From Isurus oxyrinchus (taxonomy: Eukaryota), in the NCBI GenBank assembly GCA_026770705.1, contig JANJGN010000009.1:163680001-163744000 (forward strand): a DNA stretch of 64,000 bases, read 5' to 3'. How positions within the stretch are numbered: position 1 is the stretch's first letter; every line of letters begins with the position of its first letter. Below are positions 11,208 through 24,100 of the stretch, in pieces. A model generated the notes under the pieces. It was not told the origin of the DNA. It searched no databases and saw nothing but the letters and a program-made list of their open reading frames with translations. The translations under genes were made by a program, and so were the position numbers.

Positions 11208-13340
11208 TCACGACCTAAATTTGTTGAATTCAATATTCAGACCGGAAGGCTGTAAGGTGCCTAGTCGGAAGATGAGATGTTGTTCCTCCAGTTTGCGTTG
11301 GGCTTCACTGGAACAATGCAGCAAGCCAAGGACAGACATGTGGGCAAGAGAGCAGGGTGGAGTGTTAAAATGGCAAGCGACAGGGAGGTTTGGGTCATTC
11401 TTGCGGACAGACCGCAGGTGTTCTGCAAAGCGGTCGCCCAGTTTACGTTTGGTCTCTCCAATGTAGAGGAGACCACATTGGGAGCAACGAATGCAGTAGG
11501 CTAAGTTGGGGGAAATGCAAATGAAATGCTGCTTCACTTGAAAGGAGTGTTTGGGCCCTTGGACGGTGAGGAGAGAGGAAGTGAAGGGGCAGGTGTTACA
11601 TCTTTTGCGTGGGCATGGGGTGGTGCCATAGGAGGGGGTTGAGGAGTAGGGGGTGATGGAGGAGTGGACCAGGGTGTCCCGGAGGGAGCGATCCCTACGG
11701 AATGCCGATAAGGGGGGTGAAGGGAAGATGTGTTTGGTGGTGGCATCATGCTGGAGTTGGCGGAAATGGCGGAGGATGATCCTTTGAATGCGGAGGCTGG
11801 TGGGGTGATAAGTGAGGACAAGGGGGACCCTATCATGTTTCTGGGAGGGAGGAGAAGGCGTGAGGGCGGATGCGCGGGAGATGGGCCGGACACGGTTGAG
11901 GGCCCTGTCAACGACCGTGGGTGGAAAACCTCGGTTAAGGAAGAAGGAGGACATGTCAGAGGAACCGTTTTTGAAGGTAGCATCATCGGAACAGATGCGA
12001 CGAAGGCGAAGGAACTGGGAGAATGGGATGGAGTCCTTACAGGAAGCGGGGTGTGAGGAGCTGTAGTCGAGGTAGCTGTGGGAGTCGGTGGGTTTGTAAT
12101 GGATATTGGTGGACAGTCTATCACCAGAGATTGAGACAGAGAGGTCAAGGAAGGGAAGGGAAGTGTCAGAGATGGACCACGTGAAAATGATGGAGGGGTG
12201 GAGATTGGAAGCAAAATTAATAAATTTTTCCAAGTCCCGACGAGAGCATGAAGCGGCACCGAAGTAATCATCGATGTACCAGAGAAAAAGTTGTGGAAGG
12301 GGGCCGGAGTAGGACTGCAACAAGGAATGTTCCACATACCCCATAAAGAGACAGGCATAGCTGGGGCCCGTGCGGGTACCCATAGCCACACCTTTTATTT
12401 GGAGAAAGTGAGAGGAGTTGAAGGAGAAATTGTTCAACGTGAGAACAAGTTCAGCCAGACGGAGGAGAGTAGTGGTGGATGGGGATTGTTCGGGCCTCTG
12501 TTCGAGGAAGAAGCTAAGGGCCCTCAGACCATCCTGGTGGGGGATGGAGGTGTAGAGGGATTGGACGTCCATGGTGAAGAGGAAGCGGTTGGAGCCAGGG
12601 AACTGGAAATTGTTGATGTGACGTAAGGTGTCAGAGGAATCACGGATGTAGGTGGGAAGGGACTGGACAAGGGGAGAGAGAAGGGAGTCAAGATAATGAG
12701 AAATGAGTTCTGTGGGGCAGGAGCAAGCTGAGACGATCGGTCTACCGGGGCAGTTCTGTTTGTGGATTTTGGGTAGGAGATAGAAGCGGGCCATCCGAGG
12801 TTGGGCGACTATCAGGTTGGAAGCTGTGGGAGGGAGATCCCCAGAGGATATGAGGTCAGTGACAGTCCTGGAAACAATGGCTTGATGTTCAGTGGTGGGG
12901 TCATGGTCCAGGGAGAGGTAGGAGGAAGTGTCTGCGAGTTGACGCTCAGCCTCCGCGAGGTAGAGGTCAGTGCGCCAGACAACAACAGCACCACCCTTGT
13001 CAGCGGGTTTGATGACAATGTCAGGGTTGGACCTGAGAGAATGGAGTGCAGTAAGTTCAGAGAGAGACAGGTTAGAATGGGTGAGAGGAGCAGAGAAATT
13101 GAGACGACTAATGTCGCGCCGACAGTTCTCAATGAAAAGATCAAGAGAAGGTAAGAATCCAGAGGGAGGGGTCCAGGTGGAGGGAGAATATTGGAGATGG
13201 GTAAAAGGATCCGTTGAACTGGGAGAGGACTCCTGCCCGAAGAAGTGAGCCCGGAGACGAAGACGGCGAAAGAAGAGTTCAGTATCATGCCGAGCCCGAA
13301 ATTCATTGAGGTGAGGGCGTAAGGGTATGAAACTAAATAA
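11208..13340 (-). CDS. Penelope ORF: reverse transcriptase + GIY-YIG endonuclease (about 710 aa, N-terminus missing)
   Basis: KPADKGG, FYLLPKIHK, PGRPIVS, MDVQSLYTSIP, QIKGVAMG, YIDD, FLDL, YKPT, then AYCIRCSQCGLLYIGET, RFAEH and GLN. No internal stop. The track's start at 13361 lies in the CR1 flank. Confidence 0.95.
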   Translation of the reverse strand, partial: LFSFIPLRPHLNEFRARHDTELFFRRLRLRAHFFGQESSPSSTDPFTHLQYSPSTWTPPSGFLPSLDLFIENCRRDISRLNFSAPLTHSNLSLSELTALHSLRSNPDIVIKPADKGGAVVVWRTDLYLAEAERQLADTSSYLSLDHDPTTEHQAIVSRTVTDLISSGDLPPTASNLIVAQPRMARFYLLPKIHKQNCPGRPIVSACSCPTELISHYLDSLLSPLVQSLPTYIRDSSDTLRHINNFQFPGSNRFLFTMDVQSLYTSIPHQDGLRALSFFLEQRPEQSPSTTTLLRLAELVLTLNNFSFNSSHFLQIKGVAMGTRTGPSYACLFMGYVEHSLLQSYSGPLPQLFLWYIDDYFGAASCSRRDLEKFINFASNLHPSIIFTWSISDTSLPFLDLSVSISGDRLSTNIHYKPTDSHSYLDYSSSHPASCKDSIPFSQFLRLRRICSDDATFKNGSSDMSSFFLNRGFPPTVVDRALNRVRPISRASALTPSPPSQKHDRVPLVLTYHPTSLRIQRIILRHFRQLQHDATTKHIFPSPPLSAFRRDRSLRDTLVHSSITPYSSTPSYGTTPCPRKRCNTCPFTSSLLTVQGPKHSFQVKQHFICISPNLAYCIRCSQCGLLYIGETKRKLGDRFAEHLRSVRKNDPNLPVACHFNTPPCSLAHMSVLGLLHCSSEAQRKLEEQHLIFRLGTLQPSGLNIEFNKFRS

Positions 13341-14987
13341 AATAGAATAAAAGAGAAGCATGTTATCTTAATGGTGAGAGATTGCAGAGCACTGAGGTGC
13401 AGAGGGATCTGGCTGTCCTAGTGCATGAATCATAAAAGGTTAGTATGGAGATACCGCAAGTAATTAGGAAAGCTAATAGAATGATTTCATTTATTGTGAG
13501 GGAGATTGAATTCAAAAGTAGAGAAGTTATTCTTCATCTGCATAGGGCACGAGTGAGACTACATTTGGAGGACTCTGTACAGTATTGGTCACAATATTTA
13601 AGGAAGGATGAAATGCATTGGAAGCAGTTCAGAGAAGGTTTACCAGGCTAATACCAGGCATGGGTGGATTGTCTAATGAGGAAAGGTTGGACAAACTAGG
13701 CTTCTATCTGCTGGAGTTTAGAAGAGTAAGAAGCGAATTGATTGAAACATATAAGTTCCTGAGGGGACTTGACAGGGTGAGTGCAGAGAGGATGTTTCCT
13801 CTTGTGGGAAAATGAGAGGTCACCAATTTAGAACAGAGATTAGGTGATTTTTTTTAACTCAGAGGCTCGTGAGTCTTTGGAAATCTCTTCCTGAAAAGGT
13901 GGTGAAGGGGAGGCTTCGAATATTTTTAAGGCAGAGGTGGAGTGGCACAAATCAGCAGTAACTTGTGGCGATTCACGATTCATTGGCTTTTCTCTTCATC
14001 GTCAAAAGTTGCTGATGATTTTCACATTAAAAGAGGTGTTTGTTGTTCATACCCCATTATATTTTCAGTAAGTTCTAGCCCATTGTTATAGAATTGATTT
14101 TCCAGGCAACTTTTCTGGGTGGAAACATTGAACTTTATTTACAAGACAGCAGCAGCAGCTACATGTGTGTATCTAACTCTATAACTAAAGGACAATTCCC
14201 CGTGGAGGTTCCCCATGCTGCAAATTGGTTGGTTTACACAGATCATGTTTCTTACAACAAAGGATTATTCTTAATGTTACAGTCCTACATTGATCAAAAC
14301 TATAATTATTACATTCCTCACCCTTTACCTTTTCTGTACATTTGTATTTACAAGGATGTTGATCTCATGACATTAAAATACTTCCACAGGTCATGAAATT
14401 ATAAGCTTGGTCTTTCAAGTGGTTCCATGTGGAACGTTTTAGTTTCATGACCTCAGATTCTCTGACAGGAACCACAGTCTCTGCAATAACATCAGGTACC
14501 TCATTAGGCACAGGCAGATCAGTGTCGTCCACTCCGACAGAGACATCGGGCATGACTATCCTTGGCTGTACAATTTTAAAAGGAACAACAGGTTCAACAA
14601 TGGCTACAGGTGGAAAATTATTTTGTGGGGTATCTCCATTCTTTTTAAATCAATCAGGAGCTTACCGGTGATCTACAAAGATTAGTAAATAAAACCAAAA
14701 TATTAAGAAATCTCTGTATTCAATTTGACAACTAAATTTCAGAAATGAAAAAAATACTTCTGTTCCTGTGGGGTTTGTGGAAATTGGGAGGGGGTTCCTG
14801 TTCTAAATCACTTCACAATTCAGTATAAATACTAGCTCAGCTCATCATTATCCATATGTTCTAACTTTTTAACATTCTTGTTTTCAGGATTTTATATCCT
14901 TTCAATGAAAATTAGTTTAGTTCTTTTGTTAAATATAACTGACAGAAGTTCAAGTTCTCAGGGGTCAGATTTCATCAGCTGCCTTAA

Positions 14988-15030
14988 TGTGGTTTCATGA
15001 CCTGGCTTCCTGCTATCTTCTTCCTCATTT
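14988..15030 (+). promoter_or_regulatory. Candidate leukocyte promoter module of gene A (RUNX + two ETS/PU.1-like sites)
   Basis: TGTGGTT 14988-14994, CTTCCTG 15006-15012 and CTTCCTCATTT 15020-15030 lie 100-140 bp upstream of the ATG. A TATAAATA lies at 14824-14831. Motif matches only. Confidence 0.4.
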
Positions 15031-15126
15031 AAATTCCTTGTATCATTTATATTAGACACATATTCGATGTGAGAAACAAGAGCTGAGTGTCTGGAAACAA
15101 GTTCTGTCCTGATCTTTGTGAACAAA

Positions 15127-15166
15127 ATGATGTGGATTTTGATTCTCCTCATTAGTTCTCTGCCCG
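15127..15166 (+). CDS. Gene A exon 1, signal peptide MMWILILLISSLP
   Basis: ATG at 15127, hydrophobic core, strong phase-1 donor G|GTGAGT at 15166/15167; joins in frame to VSGALW of the IgV exon. Identical in unit B. Confidence 0.88.
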
Positions 15167-18100
15167 GTGAGTGACAGACAGAGCTGGATGTTCCGATATT
15201 CTGAGTTGGTTTAACTCTCGTGCGCTGGTTATACAGGAGATGTTTAAATATTTGGAGACATGCAAAGGCACAAGAGAGGTCTTGGACACAGTGGGTAGCG
15301 TCACTGTATCTGAGCCAGAAGCTCTGTGTTTGAGTCCCACTTCTGTTCTTGTTGAGAATGGAAGGCGCGTTCTAACCAGGACCAACAGGTTGATTATCAA
15401 CCTGAAAATCTTCCAACAGACCGAAGGCTGGTGGGAAGAGGGTTTAAGATCCCAGTCCAACATGTTTGATGTGGAGTGGTGCCACTCATTCTGTTGTCTC
15501 CGGAGGTTAGTGACCTGTTCCGGGGAAAACAAGCTTTGGAAAGCAAAAGTAAACATGTGCTTTGTCTGCCGCATCCGTCTCTAGATGTGGGAAGTCTCCT
15601 AAGTCTAAAGGCACAAAATAGTCAGCAAAACCAAATGAGTAATAATTGTGAAGTATTTTATTACCCTGTGAATTAACTATCACACCATGGGAATAGTTAA
15701 CAAATAAACTGAACTGCATTATTAATTATGAATGATAAGTAAAGGAGAATTTAATTTTCAGAAAGCTATGCAAGCAACATTTTGAAAATGAAAACCTTTT
15801 TTAATTGGTAATTTTCAATATAATCTGATGTCCAGTATAGACTGAAGACTGCAGCGGTAATAATCCCACAAATAAAACATGTCCCAAGTTGGCAAATATT
15901 TCTGTTTTTGAAAGTACAGTTGATGAAATATTGTGTTATGAGGCTCTCTCAGTGACACTGTTCCTCACTGGTAGATGATTGGTCTACATCACTCTTCTCA
16001 TAAGTAGCCTTTTCTTGTTCATTCTTTAACTTTAAGAAACTAGATTTTGCTCATCACTCAGTATTGCCACCTCTCCATCATTTCGATGAATGTATTTTAT
16101 AACACACAATGTTAAACTCCCAGACCCATCTGCTCTTAACCACCTCCCCAAAATATTTTGCACCTCTAGCTGATCAATTTTATGCAGAATACTTGATGTA
16201 CTTATGGACAGGAAACTGAATCATGTTTCTGTCTGTTTGGCAATCTTCTTCTTTTCAATCCTTCCTCTTTCTGATCTGATCTCTTTCCCATTCCCTTTAC
16301 ATCTGTAACTTTCCCTGTATCTTTTTCCTTTTCTTCATTTCTCTCTAGCCATTTAATTATTTTCAATCTCTCTTTTGTTATTTTAGTGCAAACTCTTTCC
16401 CCACAGCATGAGTTTCTCTCCCAGCAAGGCCATTGGTCTCATGAATGTTCAAGTCAAGGCATCCAAATCCCTACCTCAGGAATCCATCCATACTGTAAGG
16501 CCACCTATCACACAACCTCGCAAACATTCAAGACCTTCAAATCCTACCTTTGGACATCCCTAACTCATTCAAGATCTGAACAACCCCTCCTGCAAGGACA
16601 CAAACCTCCTCTGCACCTCACCCACCTCAGATCAGAGCAGGGAACTGTCGGCTCCTGTGACCACCTCCACACTGCTCCCCAGCCGACTGCAAATCAGGCC
16701 TGTCAATCAGACTGGTTTCTGGCCGTGGAACCTCCTGATGATGTCAAACGCAGTCTAGGGTGAAACCTCAAAATATGAGGCAGAACCCCAATTTCCAGGT
16801 TCCCTCACTCTACCAGCCCCTGCCAATATGTCAAGAAAATGTCCCAATTATCTCACGAGTATATCATTGTCTGAGACGTGCTTTGGAACCACAGTGAGGC
16901 TCTGATAAGTGTCTATATGAATGATTACTCTCATCACAAACTTGATGGAATTTAACTCATTAAAATGCATCTGTTTGAATTAAGCAGTTATTTCCTGTTC
17001 AATTCCTGAAATGTTGTCTCCTCAGTTTCAGGTGCATTGTGGGCAAAAGAGAGAGTAACAGGAGTTGTGGGAAGAGCGATCACAATAGAATGTCACTATG
17101 ATGCACAGTGGTACAAGTCACATATAAAATATTGGTGTCGCGGCTGGACTCGCCAGTGTAATGTTGTAGCATCGACAAATTGGCGAAATGGAAGAATATC
17201 GGTCACAGATAACAAGTCACAAGGAATATTTATTGTTACTATGGAGAATCTTCACTCAGGAGATACAGGATGGTACAGCTGTGGTATTGAAGTAACTGGC
17301 CACAATCCAATGTTTAATGTAAAGCTACAAATATCTTACGGTACATTTCTTACTGTTTTTCTTTATTACTCTCGACTGAAATGTCTGCTCAATGTTTTAT
17401 CTGGGAGGAAACATGACAGCTCCGATATCCCGAGGCTCCACAGCAATGCAGAGTCTTAAACGTAAAGGGCAGTGGTCGGGAAATCCGACTCATGTTACCC
17501 AAACCCAATTCATGGCCTGTCCAACATGTCAGAATTGAACGTTACAAGTGAACTAAACGGAAATTGAGAAGTTGTTTTGATGGTAAAAGAAGCCTCTTTA
17601 TTAATTGTTGAGACATTGGGCTGGATATTCAGCCTCAAAGCGGGTAGGGGCAATTCGGAAAATTCCCCACTCGGCCTTGGAAGAAAGTGCCCACAAAGGT
17701 GGGATTCCCATTGCTGGGAGCTGTGCCCGGGCTGCAGTCTGGCCAGCCACACCAGGAAGAAATGCAGAGGCAGCCACAGGGGCTGCCGGCTGCGGAGACG
17801 GGCTGTTGAAAAGGCCCCTCCTTAATGCCCTTGGACTTTGTAACAGCTAAACTCAAAACACAAAGGCCCTTCACCCCTCACCCCTCACAGCCCACAAAGG
17901 GGGTGGATGTGAGGGGAAAATTTGTCATGAGGGGGCTTGGAGGTGGGTGGAAGTGTACAGCTTGAAGTCAGGAGCATGAGGGGGTATAAGGCGTGGGTAT
18001 AGCGATAGAGGGGGAACGAAGGGCCAAGCGGGTTGGATGGGGGTGTGACTTGACATAGCGGGCATGAGATGCACCTTTTGAACTTAGCTGTTAAAAGATC

Positions 18101-21100
18101 CCCTCATGCAGACCATTGTTTACAGCTCCTCTGAGGGGCTTTGGATTACGACTCATTCAAAACCTGGTCCGAGTCCATGAAAATTGCAGAGGAGTCGGAC
18201 GTCACTTTGGTCTGAAGGCTGCACAAAGCACAGGGTAGAGGCCCTGGACTGAGACACCAGCCTTTATCTTGTACAGAAAGTGTTCACATGTGAGTGACAT
18301 GAACATTGCTCATCAAAACAAGGAGCGATAGGCAGGGAGACATTCTTTGGAGGTTATTGACAATAATGAACAGTATGTACAAGTGATTAACACCCGTGCC
18401 CAGGACGTGAAACTACATCTCCTCAACCACGCGGTGTCTGGCGGCACCGTCGAGACCTTCTGTGCTCGGTGGGTGACCACGGGTGTTGGGGTCCTTTATC
18501 CAGCCTCTTAATCACATTTTGGTTTGATGTTGTAAGTGTCCTTTAAATCATGTCTTTGGTTTTGCAGTGACCCTAACTTAGGGGCTGCGTTTTATATTAT
18601 CCCTCATTTTGTTAATTTAGTTTATTGGGTTGGCTTTAAAAGAGCTACATCTTCTCAACTTTCCTAATCCTCCCGCTACATCTTGGTGCTCCGCAGACAT
18701 CCACAGTGGAGGTAAAGACAGTCTGCTGACTGCTATGCTCTGTCTGTGATAACTTTGGCGGGCGTCCTCTGGAGGCCTGAGGCCTGGAGGGCCCCGGCTT
18801 CCTTTCGAGGTCCTACTGTGTGGCATTAGCACCCTCCTTGTCCTGTGGACTGGGAGCTGTCAAGGTCACAGTAAGAGGGGAGTTACCAGGATGAATGGCC
18901 CCGGAGGGTACACATGTTGATCCTTCTCGCTATGGGTACCCAATGACCATTGGCTGAATCCTTGAGGAGCAGGTGTAGCTGGAGTGAGATCGAGCTGCCT
19001 GCACCCCTCTCGCATACACACTGTCAGGGGCCAACTATACATCAGCAATGGAGTTCAGCCCCGCAGCAGTGTAGGAACGATGCCCTGGACCAACGTCTCC
19101 ATTGCAGCTGCCATCCTACCAGTGTTGACCTCAGTGCATTGACATGCCGGCGCTATCACCTCAGAGGGCAGGCGGACGGACTCCTCCATTGTGCCTTGCA
19201 ATCTGAGGGGTGCAGCAGATATCCCTTCCTGATGTTCCCACGTTGGCCTTTCCAGTTCCTGCAACGGTGACATGACCAAATCCAGAAACGCGTCACCTGA
19301 CTCGACCTCAGCAAGTTTATGGCCTCCAGCTGCCCACTGAGTGCCGGACACCTGGGAAGCCCCTACCGCTGCCAGCTGTGGATCAGGCAGTGCGATTTGC
19401 TCACCAGCTGTGACCCTGAGTCTACTCTAAAGCTAGATCTCACCGAGGGGTGTGCCTCTGCGCTGGTGGAGGGTGTGGGTGAGGGCAGTGACGGTACATC
19501 AAGGAGGGTCCCTCCAGGTTCCTCTTCAGAGATTTCTTTGGGGATTACTTGGTGTCCCTGGGTCTCCATCGGCTGTTACCCAGATGTGCGTGTGGAAGCA
19601 AGTGGAAATATTTTGTGCATGGCAGTGGCCTGTGAAACAGGACACATCACTCACAGCATGGTTGTCTGATGGATGTTGCACTGCTGGACCCTCACTTGGC
19701 TGAGCACCGCCGACCTCACCGTCAGCACAGGATTGGTCCAGGCCGTTGCCGGCCAGCTGGATGGCTCTGTTTACAAAGTACTAGTACTGTTCAGGAACAT
19801 GATGTTCATATTTTCATACATGTCGCTGAATTTGTCAGTCACATTTACGCCTCTATTATCAACCAAAGAGCGGGATTGTCCCCGATTTGCACTAAGTGCG
19901 TTAGTGGGCGGGGGAATCGATGTTTTACCCACCGGCCACAATGGGGGGTTTTCAGGCTGCATCGTCCCAAACCCAACGCATTAGTTATGCATTCCCGGGA
20001 AACATACCATTTCCATGGTGAGTGGGATCTCATTCACCCCAAACACCATCATTTCACTGCTTCATCAGGCCCAGCACCATATGTAAAGTCCAGCCTCGTG
20101 CACACATCTCAGTGTTTCCAACCCAGGACCACTGCAGGGCAGATATCCCCAAGAGGCAAAAAGACTGTAGCTCCCAGGTTTAGTGAGCTGTCACTGCAAC
20201 ACATTGTGTACACTGTGGGGGCCCTGCTGTGATGTCCTCTACTCCCACTCTGGCTGCAGTATGGACAGCGCTGTGACCAACCAGGCCTGGGAGGCGGGGG
20301 CAGCAGTGGTATACCCACTGAATTTTATTAAGTTAACCCTCACTGTCAGATAATGTAGACAGTATGAAAAGTGTGGATGAGAAACCCTTAGAAACTGTCC
20401 TTGCTGGATGGAAACAAATACTGGAGAGATTGGAAATTTCTAAATGAAATGAGTGGATGCCTGATTGTTTTAGAGAATGAAATGCAGGTACAACAAATTT
20501 TTTAGGGATCTGAGGAGAGGGCTATCTTGCAATATGATGAAGTATAGAATATTGAGATTTTTAATTCAATTTACTTCACACTTTTTGGTCACCATATTAA
20601 CTGAAAATTTTATTTAAATGAGAGAAGGTCATCACCTAATCGTTTACTAATTGTGTTTAATTGTATGCAGTGGTGGCATTAATTGGTGATTCACTTGTGC
20701 ACCTATAAACAGATGCAGACTGAAACTGCGGGTGGTGGATTTAATTAGAATCACACAGTAAACAGCACTTTAAAACAGTTCCACAAGTCTTAACCTATCT
20801 AACCTCAGAGCTAATCTTTCTCTTTTCCGTTCAGCAACTAACACTATAGATTTAAAAAGCTATAGAAGTCCAATAATTTTACCACACAGTGCTTTCACAT
20901 TGGGGTGTCCACTGACAGCAACTGGGTCTTCAGATCTGGGCCTTGTTCACACTGTCTCCTGGGAATTCTGACCAGCTACCCTGCTGTCTTCAGGGAGATC
21001 TGGCCAACCATCCTGCTGTGTTCTGGGAGATCTAAGCAGCTACCCCCTCACATAGGCTTCAGTATTCCCTTAAATGTGTTTCTTCTCTTTCATCTCTCTT

Positions 21101-24100
21101 TGTCGTACCCAGTCTGTTCAGAAATGCTTTTATCCCAGGATTGATTAAATCAATCTTCACTTTAATTCTTAGACTTGTAAAAACAAACGTACCCTATCTT
21201 TATGTCACTTCATGACACCTTTTTACAACCTGCATATATCCCCCTTTGAACTAAAACAACTTAATTCAAACTATTCCTGTTATTGCTTCATGTACAAATC
21301 TGTTGAAGTTCTTTTGTGTTCATTAACATATCAAAACCACTTCTTACTGTTGACTTTTGACCCTATCCACTGATGAGGCAGTCCACGTCATGGAACCATA
21401 ACCTTAAATCTGGAGATAGGCTCGTCAGGGATGTCGGGAAGCACTTCTTCACGCAAAGTATAGCGGAAATCAGGAACACTCTCCTCAAAAAAGCTCTTTC
21501 GCTCAATTGAAAATTTCAAAACTGATTGACAGATTTTATCTGGTAGCAATATTCGGGTTATGGGACCCAGGTAGGTAAATGGACAGAAGATACTGGTCAG
21601 TTGGGATTTAATTGAATTGTGGAACAGGCTGAAGGGGCTGCATGTCCGAATCCCTTTTCCATGTTCTGGAGCCCCAGTTAATTTTTCAGTGGTCTGGGCC
21701 TTGTGAGTAACAATGTGCTGTGAAACAAGCTCACAAACAGTTAGCATTTCAAAGAGACACTTTCCAATCACCAGGCAAACTGTGACCTGTGTTGTTTCAG
21801 AGTACAGTTTGTGACAGTGAAAGCAGTGAAGGCCTGCCAAACCTCACTAAAAATGTTGGTGAAAGTGTCACTTTTCTCTGGCTAATCCCTTGATCAAAGA
21901 GGGAATTTTAATTCCCCTCCCCCATCCTGCATCGTGTTGAAGCATGATGGGATTTGCTGGATCCAGAACCTTCTCCAGCACGGCTTGTGATTCAGGAGAC
22001 ACACGAAAGCTTCACCCCCACCCCCAGGCAAATGTTTCATACAATTTCTCCCTCCCCATGATTGGCCAATCCTGCCCCAAGCAGCAAAGTCACCCTGACT
22101 CCCTCCTCGCTGCTGTGCTCCGAGGCAACATTCCCACCAATTTCCAAATTTTTACCATAACGTTCCTACTTGGAAACCAGCCAAACATTCAATCAGTGTG
22201 CAAGAATTCTGGTAAGATTTTGCTGCTAAATTCAGCACAAACTCAACATTCCTGGTATTTCCAGCTTTCTCACCACCCCACACACAGTCCCCCCTCTCGT
22301 CTCCACGTACCAGGGTTGAAGTGTTCTATCGCAGCATGCAGAGAACCAGAGCCAATCGCATTTACATTCTTATCCAAAGCCACAAAACATGTAACCGATA
22401 TCTGACAACATTTTGCCCTCATTTTACCCTTTGCTTTTCTAAGATTCTCTCCAACTAATTCACATTCAACTCACAAACAATGAAACAGCATTGGAGGCTC
22501 ACTACCAGCTACGAAGAGATATTGTTCACCATGATATTCATGTTAACATACTCTCAGTATCATAGCTGCTGTTCTGATCTGGAGACCTGATTTGTTCTGA
22601 TATAATGGCTGAAAGGGTAACTCAGGCCTCTAAGAGGATGGAGAGATATGGGGATGGATTTTTAAAAAGTATGCTATCAGGATTAGAGATGGGTGGGTGT
22701 GAAATTTGACACCGCTGGTCTCCATGCCAATTTACTGTTACAATCTCAAGCCCGAAACATTTAGAAAGCGAGCGGCTTGCAGTCAAGTGGTGGGCAGCTA
22801 ACTTAGGAAATAACATTTACCAAAGGGGCCAATTAAAGACCCATTCCTGCACCCACTGGGATTTCATTCAGCAATGATAGCAGACCACATTGCCCCTTCA
22901 GGATCATGGCCCGGCAGTTGCCGGGTTTTGAAACATAAAATAAACTTACCTGGACTTTCCCCTTGCTGTCTCCATGCTCAGGTCAGCAACTCCCACCTCA
23001 CCTGGTGAGGCCCTCTAGCATCAGGAGCCCGCCCACTGTCCCTGATTGGGTGGTGAGCCCAGTTCCAGGCTTTTGATTGGCTGGAACATTGAAAATTGTA
23101 TTGGGCATGCCTAAAGAATGGTGAATGGTGTCAGGACCTGAAACTATCTCCCATGTCCAGTTCGCAAACCCAAATTTAACATCCACCCCATAGAGTGGTA
23201 GATGTGTTGGTGAGATTCCAACATGACAGAGCCTGGCTGAGATGAAGTGCAAAGTTTGAAGAGTATTTGATTATTAAATGTTCAGTACTTGAATGTTTCT
23301 TTGTTTCCAACAGAACCCGTGTCTGTTCCTGTGCTTAGATTTTCATCACCACCACATGTCTCATGTTCTGGTGGTTCAGTGTCCGACTCCTGTGAGTCTG
23401 TCCAGGGATCCCTTCCCATTCAGTACACATGGTATGAAAAGACCCTGTCTGAAGATTCAAAGATCTCTGACAGCAATAAACTGGATCTACATTGTCAATC
23501 CTTCAAACAGCAACATCATCAATATTACTGTAGAGCCTCGAATAATCAGGGAGTAAAATCCAGTGACACTGTCACTGTTAACTTAACACTCATGAATGTA
23601 ACAACGAAAAGCTGCAGTTATGTGATACAAATTGGAAACATTGGTAAGTGTTACTTTCTACAAACAATGTGGTGAATGAATGTTTTAAATTCATGTCTAT
23701 CCAAACTGGTCACTGTTTCAGTTCCTTCAGTCAATCTGAGAAATTGCAACTGGCCAAATTCACTCTCTCTGGTTCCTCAAACATTCTGAACAAGGTCACT
23801 AAGTTGCATTTTTCATGAAAAATGGACAGGATCAGAAAATATCCCCAAAACATGCAAAAATATTGCCGAATCTCCAATAAACCCATCGAATCAAAATAGC
23901 ATTTGATTGACAGAGCTTTCATAAAGCAATTTGTCTATTTCCAGCAGATGGAATTGTGAAATGCAACCTCCAACTGTTGTGTCCTAGTTTGGGAAGGATA
24001 TCACTGATAGAATAGAGAAGAATTGAATTAAAATGAACCCTTGGATGAGAGGCTTTAGTCATGAGGAAAGTATCATCACAACTGAGGTGAATGACCAGCT

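Larger units (their letters stand above)
10717..13343 (-). mobile_element. Penelope-like retroelement, 5'-truncated, unit A only, inserted in a CR1 LINE
   Basis: Flanked by agagtaaaagagaa (10703-10716) and agaataaaagagaa (13344-13357). A single copy of this 14-mer sits at the empty site 48499-48512. Confidence 0.93.
8250..13942 (+). mobile_element. Decayed CR1 LINE (ORF1 esterase, ORF2 endonuclease/RT), interrupted by the Penelope element; boundaries approximate
   Basis: DSIVRGID, CCLPGARV, VHVSTNDIG, LGNSDHN, QHGFVKGKS, FADDTK, NVGKCKIVHFG and EAVQRRFTRLIPG, with many stops and frameshifts. Confidence 0.9.

Noticed and set aside
17026-17460. IgV exon as a rearranging Ig/TCR V segment
   Set aside because: The exon includes its own G strand and ends in a splice donor; no heptamer/nonamer RSS follows.
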